64,000 bases of DNA from an uncultured Gammaproteobacteria bacterium (GTDB lineage Bacteria > Patescibacteriota > Microgenomatia > Daviesbacterales > UBA10151). The notes below the pieces were generated by a model. The model was given only the letters and a program-made list of their open reading frames with translations. It searched no databases and was not told where the DNA came from. Within the stretch, counting starts at the first letter, position 1. Every line of letters starts with the position of its first letter. A program made the position numbers and the translations under genes. Positions 28,108 through 36,354 of the stretch are shown one piece after another. Location: NCBI GenBank assembly GCA_964625535.1, contig CAZVEX010000003.1, positions 55,524 to 119,523 of the forward strand, given 5' to 3'.

Positions 28108-28148
28108 CCCACCGAGGCGGGAAAGAGCGCCTCGCGGCGCTTTTTTAT
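28108..28148 (+). promoter_or_regulatory. rplJ (L10) leader attenuator: mutually exclusive hairpins ending in terminator-like AGCGCC-TCGC-GGCGCT + T6
   Basis: GAGGCG-ggaaaga-GCGCCTC and AGCGCC-TCGC-GGCGCT share the GCGCCTC segment. The second hairpin is followed by TTTTTT, 2 nt before the rplJ ATG. Confidence 0.5.
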
Positions 28149-28655
28149 ATGGCTAAAACAAGACAGCAAAAAGAAGAAACAGTCCAAAAGATAAGCGAGA
28201 AGTTCTCGCGGGCCAAGTCTGTGGTATTTGCCGATTACAAAGGCTTGACTATGAAACAACTATCGGATCTTCGCTCCAAGCTGGCCGATGTCCAGGGGGA
28301 ATTTACTGTTACTAAAAATACATTATTGAAATTAGCATTTCCAGCCTCCGACCTTGAAGGTCCGACTGCAACTCTTTTTGCATATGACGATGAAGTTTCC
28401 CCCATCAAATTGTTAGTTAAGGCCTTGAAAGATGCCGGGTTGGGCAAAATTAAAGCCGGATTTTTGGGTCAGGACATGCTGGATGAAGGAAGAATCCTGC
28501 AACTGGCTACTTTGCCAACTAAAGATGAACTTCGGGCCCAAACAGTGGGCATTTTGGTTGCTCCTTTACAAGGCATGGTTTCTGTTTTACAGGGAAATTT
28601 AAGAAATTTTGTATATGCATTGAGTGAGATTCAAAAACAGAAGGGGGGTGTTTAA
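28149..28655 (+). CDS. rplJ: 50S ribosomal protein L10
   Basis: MAKTRQQKEETVQKISEKFSRAKSVVFADYKGLTMKQLSDLRSKL is the L10 N-terminal signature. Confidence 0.9.
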   Translation: MAKTRQQKEETVQKISEKFSRAKSVVFADYKGLTMKQLSDLRSKLADVQGEFTVTKNTLLKLAFPASDLEGPTATLFAYDDEVSPIKLLVKALKDAGLGKIKAGFLGQDMLDEGRILQLATLPTKDELRAQTVGILVAPLQGMVSVLQGNLRNFVYALSEIQKQKGGV

Positions 28656-28658
28656 TAT

Positions 28659-29153
28659 ATGGCAGATGAACCATCCTCCTCCGCTGAAGCTACGGAGGAC
28701 AAGCAAGATCAAGTTGAAGAAATAAAAACTGAAGAAAAAGTTGAGGAGCCGAAAAAAGTTGTCAAGCCGGTCAGTGCCAATCTTGAAAAAATCATAGAAC
28801 AGATTGAAAAATTATCTGTTTTGGAACTGGCAGATTTGGTACACGGCTTGGAAGAGAGGTTTGGTGTTTCAGCATCAGCTCCGGTTATGGCAGCAGGTCC
28901 GGCCGCCTCACCTTCGGCGGGCGAGCCAACTGAGGAAAAAACTACCTTTAATGTAATTTTGGCAAGCGCGGGGGCCAATAAAATTGGGGCAATCAAGGCA
29001 GTTCGGGAACTGGTACCAACATTAGGCTTAAAAGAAGCCAAAGATTTGGTAGAAGCAGCTCCCAAGCCGGTTTTGGAATCGGTTAATAAAGTTACAGCTG
29101 AAGAAGCCAAGAAAAAACTGGAAGCAGCAGGGGCCACAGTCGAGTTGCAATAA
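28659..29153 (+). CDS. rplL: 50S ribosomal protein L7/L12
   Basis: N-terminal dimerisation helix, Ala/Pro hinge, and C-terminal domain [56 protein letters not shown]. Confidence 0.95.
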   Translation: MADEPSSSAEATEDKQDQVEEIKTEEKVEEPKKVVKPVSANLEKIIEQIEKLSVLELADLVHGLEERFGVSASAPVMAAGPAASPSAGEPTEEKTTFNVILASAGANKIGAIKAVRELVPTLGLKEAKDLVEAAPKPVLESVNKVTAEEAKKKLEAAGATVELQ

Positions 29154-29199
29154 GGGGTATTGACATAGTCTTTTTGGTTGTGATATACATTGAAACAGA

Positions 29200-29427
29200 A
29201 TGGCTGACAAGTTATCACTTGAGAATTTACCCGACCTTTTAACAGTAAGAGAAGTAGCTGAAGTTTTAAGAGTTTCCCCGTTAACTATTAAAAGATGGGG
29301 TAAACGAGGCAAGCTGCCGGCCATCAGGATTAATTCCCGGGGAGACAGAAGATACAAAAAAGAAGCCGTGCTTTGGTTATTAGGCATTACCCAAAAAGAC
29401 CAGCCTATTAGCACTCCTTCTTTATAG
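29200..29427 (+). CDS. Excisionase-family (HTH_17/MerR-superfamily) helix-turn-helix DNA-binding protein
   Basis: LTVREVAEVLRVSPLTIKRWGKRGKLPAIRINSRGDRRY follows the HTH_17 pattern. It occupies the position usually taken by rpoB after rplL. Confidence 0.6.
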   Translation: MADKLSLENLPDLLTVREVAEVLRVSPLTIKRWGKRGKLPAIRINSRGDRRYKKEAVLWLLGITQKDQPISTPSL

Positions 29428-29468
29428 TTTGCTAAATGAATAAGATTATGTCGACGCCAAGCTAAAAA

Positions 29469-29972
29469 CTATTCTATAGAGATTTGAGGATGCACGGAAT
29501 AGTTTGGATTTTGTTCAAAAGCTACTTCCCCCTTTTTTTCTACTACATAATAGACTAAACCATGTCTTTCTATAATTGCTTTGTTTTCCGATTTCTCACT
29601 TTCGATTAAAGACCTGTTCACTACTAAAAAATTTCTTCCAATATTGATAATACAGATTGTCAAACCCGCAGGTACTTCCACCTGCTTGCCTTGGGAAAGA
29701 CTTACCATCTTAAACTCCTTAGCTTCCCCTATCTCATCATTCCTTTGCATTAAAATAATACCTTGTCCGTATAAACACTGGTAGACATTTACGCCCGCAT
29801 TGTTGCTATAAAAACAGGCAGTTTTGTTGTACTCTACTCCATTTTTGCCATGGGAAATAACAAAAATAACCTGGCTCCCTTCTTTAATCAAATAGTATGG
29901 ATACTTAACCCCCCCAGCATCAGGCTCCATCAACACACCCTCAATTTCTTTGTGGCTTATTTGGGAAATCAT
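29469..29972 (-). CDS. Cupin-fold protein (sugar isomerase/epimerase-like), tentative
   Basis: 167-aa ORF with beta-rich composition, co-oriented with the downstream glycosyltransferase genes and overlapping the stop of the WecB-family gene by 4 nt. Confidence 0.35.
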   Translation of the reverse strand: MISQISHKEIEGVLMEPDAGGVKYPYYLIKEGSQVIFVISHGKNGVEYNKTACFYSNNAGVNVYQCLYGQGIILMQRNDEIGEAKEFKMVSLSQGKQVEVPAGLTICIINIGRNFLVVNRSLIESEKSENKAIIERHGLVYYVVEKKGEVAFEQNPNYSVHPQISIE

Positions 29973-30670
29973 ACAATCTTTAGTTTAACACATAACCAAA
30001 GATAGCGAAGTAAGCGAAGTTGTCTTTTTATTCTCCAGGGCTGGATCGCTAACCTGAAAAGCCACTCTAACCCTAACTTGCGAAGCCATTTTGGGGCCCG
30101 AGGAATATGACCTGCCATATAATCAAAAGCTCCCCCCACCCCCATGGCCACTTTAACTGGCAAATTGGGCAGATTTTGATAAATCCATTTTTCCTGCTTA
30201 GGATGGCCAAAAGCCACAAAAAGAATGTCACACTCACCCTCCACTTTTTCACTATCAACAGATATTATTTTAATCCCAGGATATTTTTTTTGTAAGCGCT
30301 CTGATGCTTTTTCTGCTACTCCGTTTCTGCCTCCCAAAAAGCCTATTGTAACGGCCCAATCTACGGATTTTCCCACCAGTTTTTCCATCAAATCTACTCC
30401 GGGAAAGGTATTTTTTACCTGGCCTGAAAGCTTAAGCCCTGTTCCATCCGGAATAGATAAATCTGCATCATTTAAAATCCGCTTAAACTCTAAGTCTTTT
30501 TGAGCTGTCATTAAAAATTCAGGATTAGGGGTGACAATATAATGTTTATCGGATTTTTGCAGCCATGTATGCACTATCTCAACTGCCTCATCCATAGTCA
30601 CATCATCAATTTTAACTCCCAGAATATATTTTTTCATGATAGTAATACTTTCAGTGTTTCCCTGGCACAT
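29969..30670 (-). CDS. WecB/TagA/CpsF-family glycosyltransferase (N-acetylmannosaminyltransferase-like)
   Basis: ILGVKIDDVTMDEAVE, VTPNPE, DADLSIPDGTGL, ILFVAFGHPKQEKWI, RAPKWLRKLGLEWLFRL are all hallmark motifs of the family. The real start is probably MKKYILGV at ~30637. Confidence 0.85.
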   Translation of the reverse strand: MCQGNTESITIMKKYILGVKIDDVTMDEAVEIVHTWLQKSDKHYIVTPNPEFLMTAQKDLEFKRILNDADLSIPDGTGLKLSGQVKNTFPGVDLMEKLVGKSVDWAVTIGFLGGRNGVAEKASERLQKKYPGIKIISVDSEKVEGECDILFVAFGHPKQEKWIYQNLPNLPVKVAMGVGGAFDYMAGHIPRAPKWLRKLGLEWLFRLAIQPWRIKRQLRLLRYLWLCVKLKIV

Positions 30671-31683
30671 TTCTCCCAGGAGAATCTCTTAATATTCTCA
30701 AATCCTGCTTTAACTAACTTGACTCTTTGACTCTTTGACTCTTGCATTCCCTTAACTATATCATCAACATCATAGGGATTAACATATATTGCTCCTTTGC
30801 CTGCTACTTCCGGCATACTGGAAACATTAGAGGTAATCACCGGACAACCACAGGCTTGAGCCTCCAAAATAGGCAGACCAAATCCTTCAAAGAGCGAGGG
30901 GAAAACCAAGGCAATTGCCCCGCTATAAAGTGCCGCCAGTTTTTTATCAGGCACGAAACCTAAAAATTTCACTCTATCTTCAATTCCCAGCTTTTTGGAT
31001 AATTTATAAATTTCATCCGAAAGCCAACCCTTGCCCCCTGCTATAACTAGTCTGACGACTGAAGACTGACAACTGAAAGCTGTAATTATTCTTTCCAGAT
31101 TTTTCCTTGGTTGAACCGTCCCCACAAATAAAAAATAGTTTTTAGGTTGCAGGTTGTAGTATTTAAAAAGATTTTTATCATATCCTTCATAAATTACTTG
31201 TATTTTTTTAGGTTCAATGCCAATTTTTTTTACTAAATCCTCTTTGGTAGCTTTTGATACAGCTATTAATTTAGTTGCTCCTCTAAGTTGCATCCTTTGC
31301 ATAAAAGATAAATACAGCCTTTGCTTTAACTGATGCATTTTAGGCAGATATTCCGAACCCAAATCATGTACGGTCACTACTGAATTTAGCCCTGGTTTTC
31401 TAATGATAGGCAGAGTATGCGCCGGCACAAACAAAACATCCAGTTTATCTTTAAAAGTTTGCCAAGCCAACCCCCCTTGCGTCCAAAGTCTTACCCACGA
31501 TATAACTTTAATCTGAAAATTAGGCGGTAGTCGGAAGACGAAAGACGGAAGACTTCTTATATAGACAATATAGTTGTTTTTCTGATCTATTTTTGCCAAA
31601 TGAGAAAGAAGCTGAAAAGAATAATTTTCCGTACCGGAGCGCTCCCCCACAAAGGCTCTTGATCCGTCAAAACCAATTGTCAT
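30634..31683 (-). CDS. GT4-family glycosyltransferase
   Basis: The C-terminal FPSLFEGFGLPILEAQACGCPVITS is the GT4 EX7E region. The track start at 31797 overlaps the upstream gene. MTIGFDGSRAF at 31683 is the plausible start. Confidence 0.8.
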   Translation of the reverse strand: MTIGFDGSRAFVGERSGTENYSFQLLSHLAKIDQKNNYIVYIRSLPSFVFRLPPNFQIKVISWVRLWTQGGLAWQTFKDKLDVLFVPAHTLPIIRKPGLNSVVTVHDLGSEYLPKMHQLKQRLYLSFMQRMQLRGATKLIAVSKATKEDLVKKIGIEPKKIQVIYEGYDKNLFKYYNLQPKNYFLFVGTVQPRKNLERIITAFSCQSSVVRLVIAGGKGWLSDEIYKLSKKLGIEDRVKFLGFVPDKKLAALYSGAIALVFPSLFEGFGLPILEAQACGCPVITSNVSSMPEVAGKGAIYVNPYDVDDIVKGMQESKSQRVKLVKAGFENIKRFSWEKCARETLKVLLS

Positions 31684-31690
31684 GAAGTAA

Positions 31691-32707
31691 TTATCTTTTA
31701 CTGACCGATCTTTTGTAAAGGTCAAGGTTCTCAAGTGCCATGCCTGTCCCCAAGGCCACACACAAAAGTGGGTTTTCTGCCAAAGCAGCCGGCACACCCA
31801 GCGAATCTGTTAAAAGCTTATCCAGATTGCGGAGCAACGATGTTCCCCCACTCATGACAATCCCCTTGTCAATAATATCAGATGCCAGCTCCGGGGGAAC
31901 TTGTTCCAGAACTCCTTTGGCAGCTCCCACTATTTTTCTGGTAATATCGGCTATTGCTTCTGTCACTTCCTCCGACATAATCTCAACAGTTCTGGGTAGA
32001 CCTGAAAAGGCATCTCTTCCCCGAACTTCCATTGTCATCGCCTCGTTTGGCTTTAATGGAGTAGCTGAACCAATTTTAATTTTGACCTCTTCCGCCATCC
32101 TTTCTCCAATAATCAGATTGTGTTTTTTACGCACATAGTTTTGGATGGCCTCATCGATTTTATTGCCCCCCACTCTAACAGATGAATGAACCACCACCCC
32201 ACCCAGACAGATGACTGCCGCTTCTGTTGTTCCCCCGCCAATATCAATAATCATGTTTCCGGAAGGATTGGCAATGGGAATCTTGGCGCCGATGGCAGCA
32301 GCCAGCGGTTCATCAATTAAAAAAGCGGCTTTAGCACCAGCTTGAAGTGTCGCATCCAAAATAGCTCTTTTTTCAACAGAAGTCACCCCTGCCGGAGCAC
32401 AAACCATCACCTCCGGCTTAAAAATCCGGGATTGGCCGCAAACTTTATCCAGAAAATAGCGGATCATGGCTTCGGTAATAACATAATCGGCAATCACTCC
32501 GTCTCTCATGGGACGCGAGGCAATGATGTTACCCGGGGTTCGACCAAGCATTTCCCTGGCTTCATTACCTACAGCTAAAACCCGATTATCATCGGTAGTT
32601 ACGGCTACTACAGTTGGCTCATTTAAAACTATGCCCTCTCCGGCGAGATACACTAAAGAGTTAGCAGTACCTAAATCAATACCGACACGCTTGGAAAAAT
32701 TAAACAT
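31691..32707 (-). CDS. mreB: MreB paralog 2 (actin-like cytoskeletal protein)
   Basis: GIDLGTANSLVY, NEPTVVAV, IDIGGGTTEAAVI. This is a second full-length MreB within 30 kb of the first. Confidence 0.85.
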   Translation of the reverse strand: MFNFSKRVGIDLGTANSLVYLAGEGIVLNEPTVVAVTTDDNRVLAVGNEAREMLGRTPGNIIASRPMRDGVIADYVITEAMIRYFLDKVCGQSRIFKPEVMVCAPAGVTSVEKRAILDATLQAGAKAAFLIDEPLAAAIGAKIPIANPSGNMIIDIGGGTTEAAVICLGGVVVHSSVRVGGNKIDEAIQNYVRKKHNLIIGERMAEEVKIKIGSATPLKPNEAMTMEVRGRDAFSGLPRTVEIMSEEVTEAIADITRKIVGAAKGVLEQVPPELASDIIDKGIVMSGGTSLLRNLDKLLTDSLGVPAALAENPLLCVALGTGMALENLDLYKRSVSKR

Positions 32708-32774
32708 GGCGGGGACATTTTAACAACCGGAAAACCTGGTCACAAGATAGACTAAATGGGTCAAAAGCTATCAG

Positions 32775-33899
32775 CTACTTGAGGTTTATCCCATACAAAT
32801 TGGGCTCCGAAGCGGTCGGAGTTGGAAACGAACTTATAATTACGAGTCTTGAAGAATCCGGCCAGGGAAAAACAAAATTATCCAGGAAACTGCCGGCATA
32901 AATAACTGCCTTATTGGTACCGTCAAAATCAACAATGGAGATAGCCCCTTCTTCCACCAAAATAATGTGTCTTGAATCAGGCAGCCACATATGAGTTCTG
33001 GCTGCCGGCAGCGAATACTCTTTTTTATCTTCCAAATCGTAGACCTTAAAATCTGCAAACAATGTGCCGCCTGACAGTTCCTTTTCGGAAACAGGGTTTT
33101 TTCTGACCATCATTTTAGTTTCGTCCGGGGACCAGCGGACCACAGCGGAGGATGAGGCAACCTGACGAATACTGGGATCAACAATACTGACAGTGGCTGA
33201 TTCGTCTTTACTCTTTTGATCTTCTTCCCAGGATTTTATGGTAGCCGCTAAAACGGGTGTTATGTCCCGCGGTTCGGTATTTAGTCTGTCAAATTCCAAA
33301 AGATAGTTATTGTTGCCAACAGTTGCCAGCACTTGTTTTGAGTCGGAAGACCATCGGAGGGTTGCCTTCGAAAAATCCGCAGTGGCACTGGTGGTAATTT
33401 GATGAGGTTCGCTGGAGCGGGCAAAAGCAATTGGTTGATTTTTGGCCATTGTCCACACCCAAACTCCGGCTTTTTTACCTACCCGCACAATATACGCAAG
33501 CTTATCCCCGTCAGGACTTAAAACCGGATTCGCTACTCCAGTAAATGTTAAAGGATAGATGGTGGGGATGGCCGGGAAAAGAGTCACTTTGACCTCTGTC
33601 ACCAATCCCTCCCGCACAGTAATTTGTTTTTCCCAGGGGATAAACCCTTCCTTGACAATTCTGACAGAGTATTGTTTGGGAGAAAGCGAGGAAATGGTAG
33701 CGTTGGTAGCAGTTGTCAAATGCCCGTCAACGTAAACCGAAGCGGAGTCGGGCTGGGACGAAACAGTAATGATGCCTGTACCCACAATTCTTTTTTCAAC
33801 GGGAGAGAAAGTATAGCCTTTGGCCAAAAAAATGACTACCCCTGCAGCCACTACAATTGCCAGCAGCGTCAAAATGGTAATAACAAATCGTTTGCTCAT
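32775..33899 (-). CDS. Membrane-anchored PEGA-domain + TolB-like beta-propeller protein
   Basis: TM anchor (FVITILTLLAIVVAAGVVIFLA). PEGA domain (SASVYVDGHLTTA...YSVRIVKEGFIPWEKQITVREGLVTEVKVTL). Repeated SPDG/WSxD propeller motifs. The start was chosen at MSKRF. Confidence 0.55.
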   Translation of the reverse strand: MSKRFVITILTLLAIVVAAGVVIFLAKGYTFSPVEKRIVGTGIITVSSQPDSASVYVDGHLTTATNATISSLSPKQYSVRIVKEGFIPWEKQITVREGLVTEVKVTLFPAIPTIYPLTFTGVANPVLSPDGDKLAYIVRVGKKAGVWVWTMAKNQPIAFARSSEPHQITTSATADFSKATLRWSSDSKQVLATVGNNNYLLEFDRLNTEPRDITPVLAATIKSWEEDQKSKDESATVSIVDPSIRQVASSSAVVRWSPDETKMMVRKNPVSEKELSGGTLFADFKVYDLEDKKEYSLPAARTHMWLPDSRHIILVEEGAISIVDFDGTNKAVIYAGSFLDNFVFPWPDSSRLVIISSFPTPTASEPNLYGINLK

Positions 33900-33921
33900 T
33901 CTCCATATTTTACTACAATTC

Positions 33922-34611
33922 TCAACTTGAAACCAGTTTGGCTCTGACAATGAGTCTTTTGAGTAGAGTTCCAGGGGGGTCACAGGTTTGCAGAGTCAAA
34001 ACAGGATCTTCGTAGCGGTTAGTCAAATATGAAATATCATTTGGTTCCACCACCCTTTTGTCAAAAACAACATAATCAAACCGTTTGTTTTGATAAAAAA
34101 CTATCACTCTATCCCCTGCCTCCAGTTCTCTTAACAGATAAAAGATAGCATTCAATCGGACAATATTCCAGGGAGCATCGGTGGAGTGAGAAAAAAGATA
34201 CAAGTTCCCCGGCTGACCGGGAGGAGTTGAACCCAAAGCTTCGGCCACCCCTTGAGAAAGAGCCTTAACATATTCTTTTTCACTGGCGGGATTGACCCCT
34301 GCCACAATCCTGGCATTGGCATTAATTTTTTCAATCACAATTCCGTATTCAGTGGAGACCGGAATAATCGAGGTTTCGGAAGGAGTAGCCAAGCTGCCAA
34401 AATTAACATCTCCGCTACCGCCAGTTGGTGCCGAAGAAGATGTCACAATATTGGGTACTGTTCTTTTGATTCCCTTAATTTTATCAATTTGGTATTTGGC
34501 TTCGGCCGAAATCAGGGGTCCAAACATGAAAATAAAACCGATGATGCCGGTGAAAAAAATCAGATTACCCAAAAAACGGACCAAAAGAACAAGTTTAAAT
34601 CTTTTAGACAT
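33922..34611 (-). CDS. Sortase-family transpeptidase
   Basis: N-terminal TM anchor, catalytic His region (LYLFSHST), the TLQTC active-site motif (LTLQTCDPPG) and downstream Arg. The start was chosen at MSKRFKLV. Confidence 0.8.
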   Translation of the reverse strand: MSKRFKLVLLVRFLGNLIFFTGIIGFIFMFGPLISAEAKYQIDKIKGIKRTVPNIVTSSSAPTGGSGDVNFGSLATPSETSIIPVSTEYGIVIEKINANARIVAGVNPASEKEYVKALSQGVAEALGSTPPGQPGNLYLFSHSTDAPWNIVRLNAIFYLLRELEAGDRVIVFYQNKRFDYVVFDKRVVEPNDISYLTNRYEDPVLTLQTCDPPGTLLKRLIVRAKLVSS

Positions 34612-34629
34612 AAAGTTTACCCTGAAGGG

Positions 34630-34702
34630 CGACCCTGGAGGGAATTGCACCCCCGACCACTCCCTTAGGACGGGATTGCTCTATCTACTGAGCTACAGGG
34701 CC
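34630..34702 (-). tRNA. tRNA-Arg (anticodon CCU), discriminator G
   Basis: Reverse complement gives acceptor GGCCCTG/CAGGGTC, D-arm GCTC-AGTAGATA-GAGC, anticodon loop GTCCTAA and T-arm GGGGG-TGCAATT-CCCTC. The T-loop is non-canonical (G at position 55), hence the moderate confidence. Confidence 0.55.
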
Positions 34703-34748
34703 AGATATCTTTATTTTATCATTAAATGGGGTATAATTTCTTATGTTG

Positions 34749-34820
34749 CGGGGTGTAGGTCATCGGTAGACCGCTGCGTTCGGGTCGCAGAAGTAGAGAG
34801 TTCAATTCTCTCCACCCCGA
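34749..34820 (+). tRNA. tRNA-Pro (anticodon CGG)
   Basis: Acceptor CGGGGTG/CACCCCG. Anticodon stem CTGCG/CGCAG with loop TTCGGGT. T-arm GAGAG-TTCAATT-CTCTC. Discriminator A. Confidence 0.75.
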
Positions 34821-35329
34821 CCCTTCGACTTTCCAAACCACAGTTCAATTTCTTTTTTGGCTTCTTCTTCAGATCCCGAAGCATGGATTAAATTATAGAC
34901 AGGCCTGCCTTCGCGATTAGCATCTAAAATATTATCCGTACCCAAATCTCCTCTGATGGTCCCTTTTTGGGCAGTGGCCGGATCTGTAAAACCTGTTACT
35001 TCCCGGGCCAGCGATACGGCATTTTCTCCTTGCAAAACGATAGCTACGATCGGCCCGGAAGTGATAAATTTTCGAAGCCAGGTCACTACTCTTCTCCCCT
35101 GACCCTGGGCGCTCTTGACCTTTTGGCCGGCGGCAATGGTTTTTTCTCCGATAGATTTAAGATACTCCGGATCCATGGGATAGTGCTTTTCGATGATGTC
35201 CATGGGAGCCATCATTTCTTTTCTTTTAACCACCTTAAGTCCGGCTGCTGCGTAACGACGAATGATCTCACCGGCTAAATCCCGATGCATGGCATCTGGT
35301 TTAATCAGGATTAATGTTCTTTGTATCAT
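34802..35329 (-). CDS. ndk: Nucleoside diphosphate kinase
   Basis: QRTLILIKPDA, GPIVAIVLQGENA and NLIHASGS (the NxxHGSD active-site His region). The last 19 nt overlap tRNA-Pro on the opposite strand. Confidence 0.85.
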   Translation of the reverse strand: MIQRTLILIKPDAMHRDLAGEIIRRYAAAGLKVVKRKEMMAPMDIIEKHYPMDPEYLKSIGEKTIAAGQKVKSAQGQGRRVVTWLRKFITSGPIVAIVLQGENAVSLAREVTGFTDPATAQKGTIRGDLGTDNILDANREGRPVYNLIHASGSEEEAKKEIELWFGKSKGRGGEN

Positions 35330-35372
35330 AATTTTGTTTAATTTCTAATTGTACATTATACATTGTCAACTG

Positions 35373-36353
35373 TCACTTAATTTCCACATCTTCTACTATA
35401 GTTTCACCGCTATCAAAAACTTTTACCCTGGCAAAACGAGGTGTTTGAGAATTCCTTTGGGTAGTCACCGCTCCAATCGTTACCATAGGAAGGATTGTTT
35501 CCGGCTCGCTGTACTGGCTGAAAAAGTGGATATCTCCGGCAAAAACTTTTTTCACTCCCTCCTCTTTTAGTATTTTAGCCACTTTTTTGGCCTGGTCTTT
35601 TAAGGAAGGCTCTACCCTGCCCATGATATGATCTGATGAAGGATGATATAGCGGTTCGTGCACGAAGGCCAGGATAAACTTCACATTATTTGATTTTTTA
35701 AATCTTTCCAGTTCCTCCTGTAATCTTTGCAGTTGAGTCTCTCCAAAACCCTGGTAATTATCGCTGTTATTCAAAAGTAAAAAAACTACTCCCTCAAATT
35801 CAAAACTCTGCCAGGGAGAACCAAACACCTGGGAAAAGTTAAAGGTAGGCTCTTTTTGTTTATCTCTGGCATCCCATAAGTCATGATCCCCGGGAATGAC
35901 AAAATACCTGATCTTGCCCTCATCCAGGACCTTTTTGGCATTTTGCAACTCCTCAAAAGTACCTACATCCGTATAGTCACCCAGGCCGATGATAAAACTA
36001 ATTTCCCCCACTTGGTGCAAAGCTTTTTTCAATAACTCATTGTCGTTGTGAGAATCTGCAAACAGTCCAAAAGTAAAAAGAAGCTGGCCGGGACTTGTTT
36101 GAGTGGACTTGACCTCCTTTACTTCGCTTGGCTGGGGCTTTGACTCACGAACAATTTGTTTAGGCGAGGGTAAAAACTTTAGTAAGCTGGCAACCAGAGC
36201 CTTGGGGTCGGCGGCAATAGGGTCAATGCCGGAAAAATGCTTGTAGGCAGTATAAACTCCTGTCAGCAAAATGCCAAACATCACCAGAGACAGCAACAAT
36301 CTAAATATAACAAAAGCTAAATTACCGGATCGCTTTTTACGCCTTCCAAACAT
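35373..36353 (-). CDS. Membrane-anchored calcineurin-like metallophosphoesterase
   Basis: N-terminal TM anchor. Motifs FADSHND, GLGDYTD, VIPGDHDLW match the metallophosphatase metal-binding signature. Confidence 0.8.
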   Translation of the reverse strand: MFGRRKKRSGNLAFVIFRLLLSLVMFGILLTGVYTAYKHFSGIDPIAADPKALVASLLKFLPSPKQIVRESKPQPSEVKEVKSTQTSPGQLLFTFGLFADSHNDNELLKKALHQVGEISFIIGLGDYTDVGTFEELQNAKKVLDEGKIRYFVIPGDHDLWDARDKQKEPTFNFSQVFGSPWQSFEFEGVVFLLLNNSDNYQGFGETQLQRLQEELERFKKSNNVKFILAFVHEPLYHPSSDHIMGRVEPSLKDQAKKVAKILKEEGVKKVFAGDIHFFSQYSEPETILPMVTIGAVTTQRNSQTPRFARVKVFDSGETIVEDVEIK

Positions 36354-36354
36354 G

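Noticed and set aside
34292-34891. 199-aa plus-strand ORF
   Set aside because: It spans the sortase gene 5' end and two tRNA genes, and has no coding signature.
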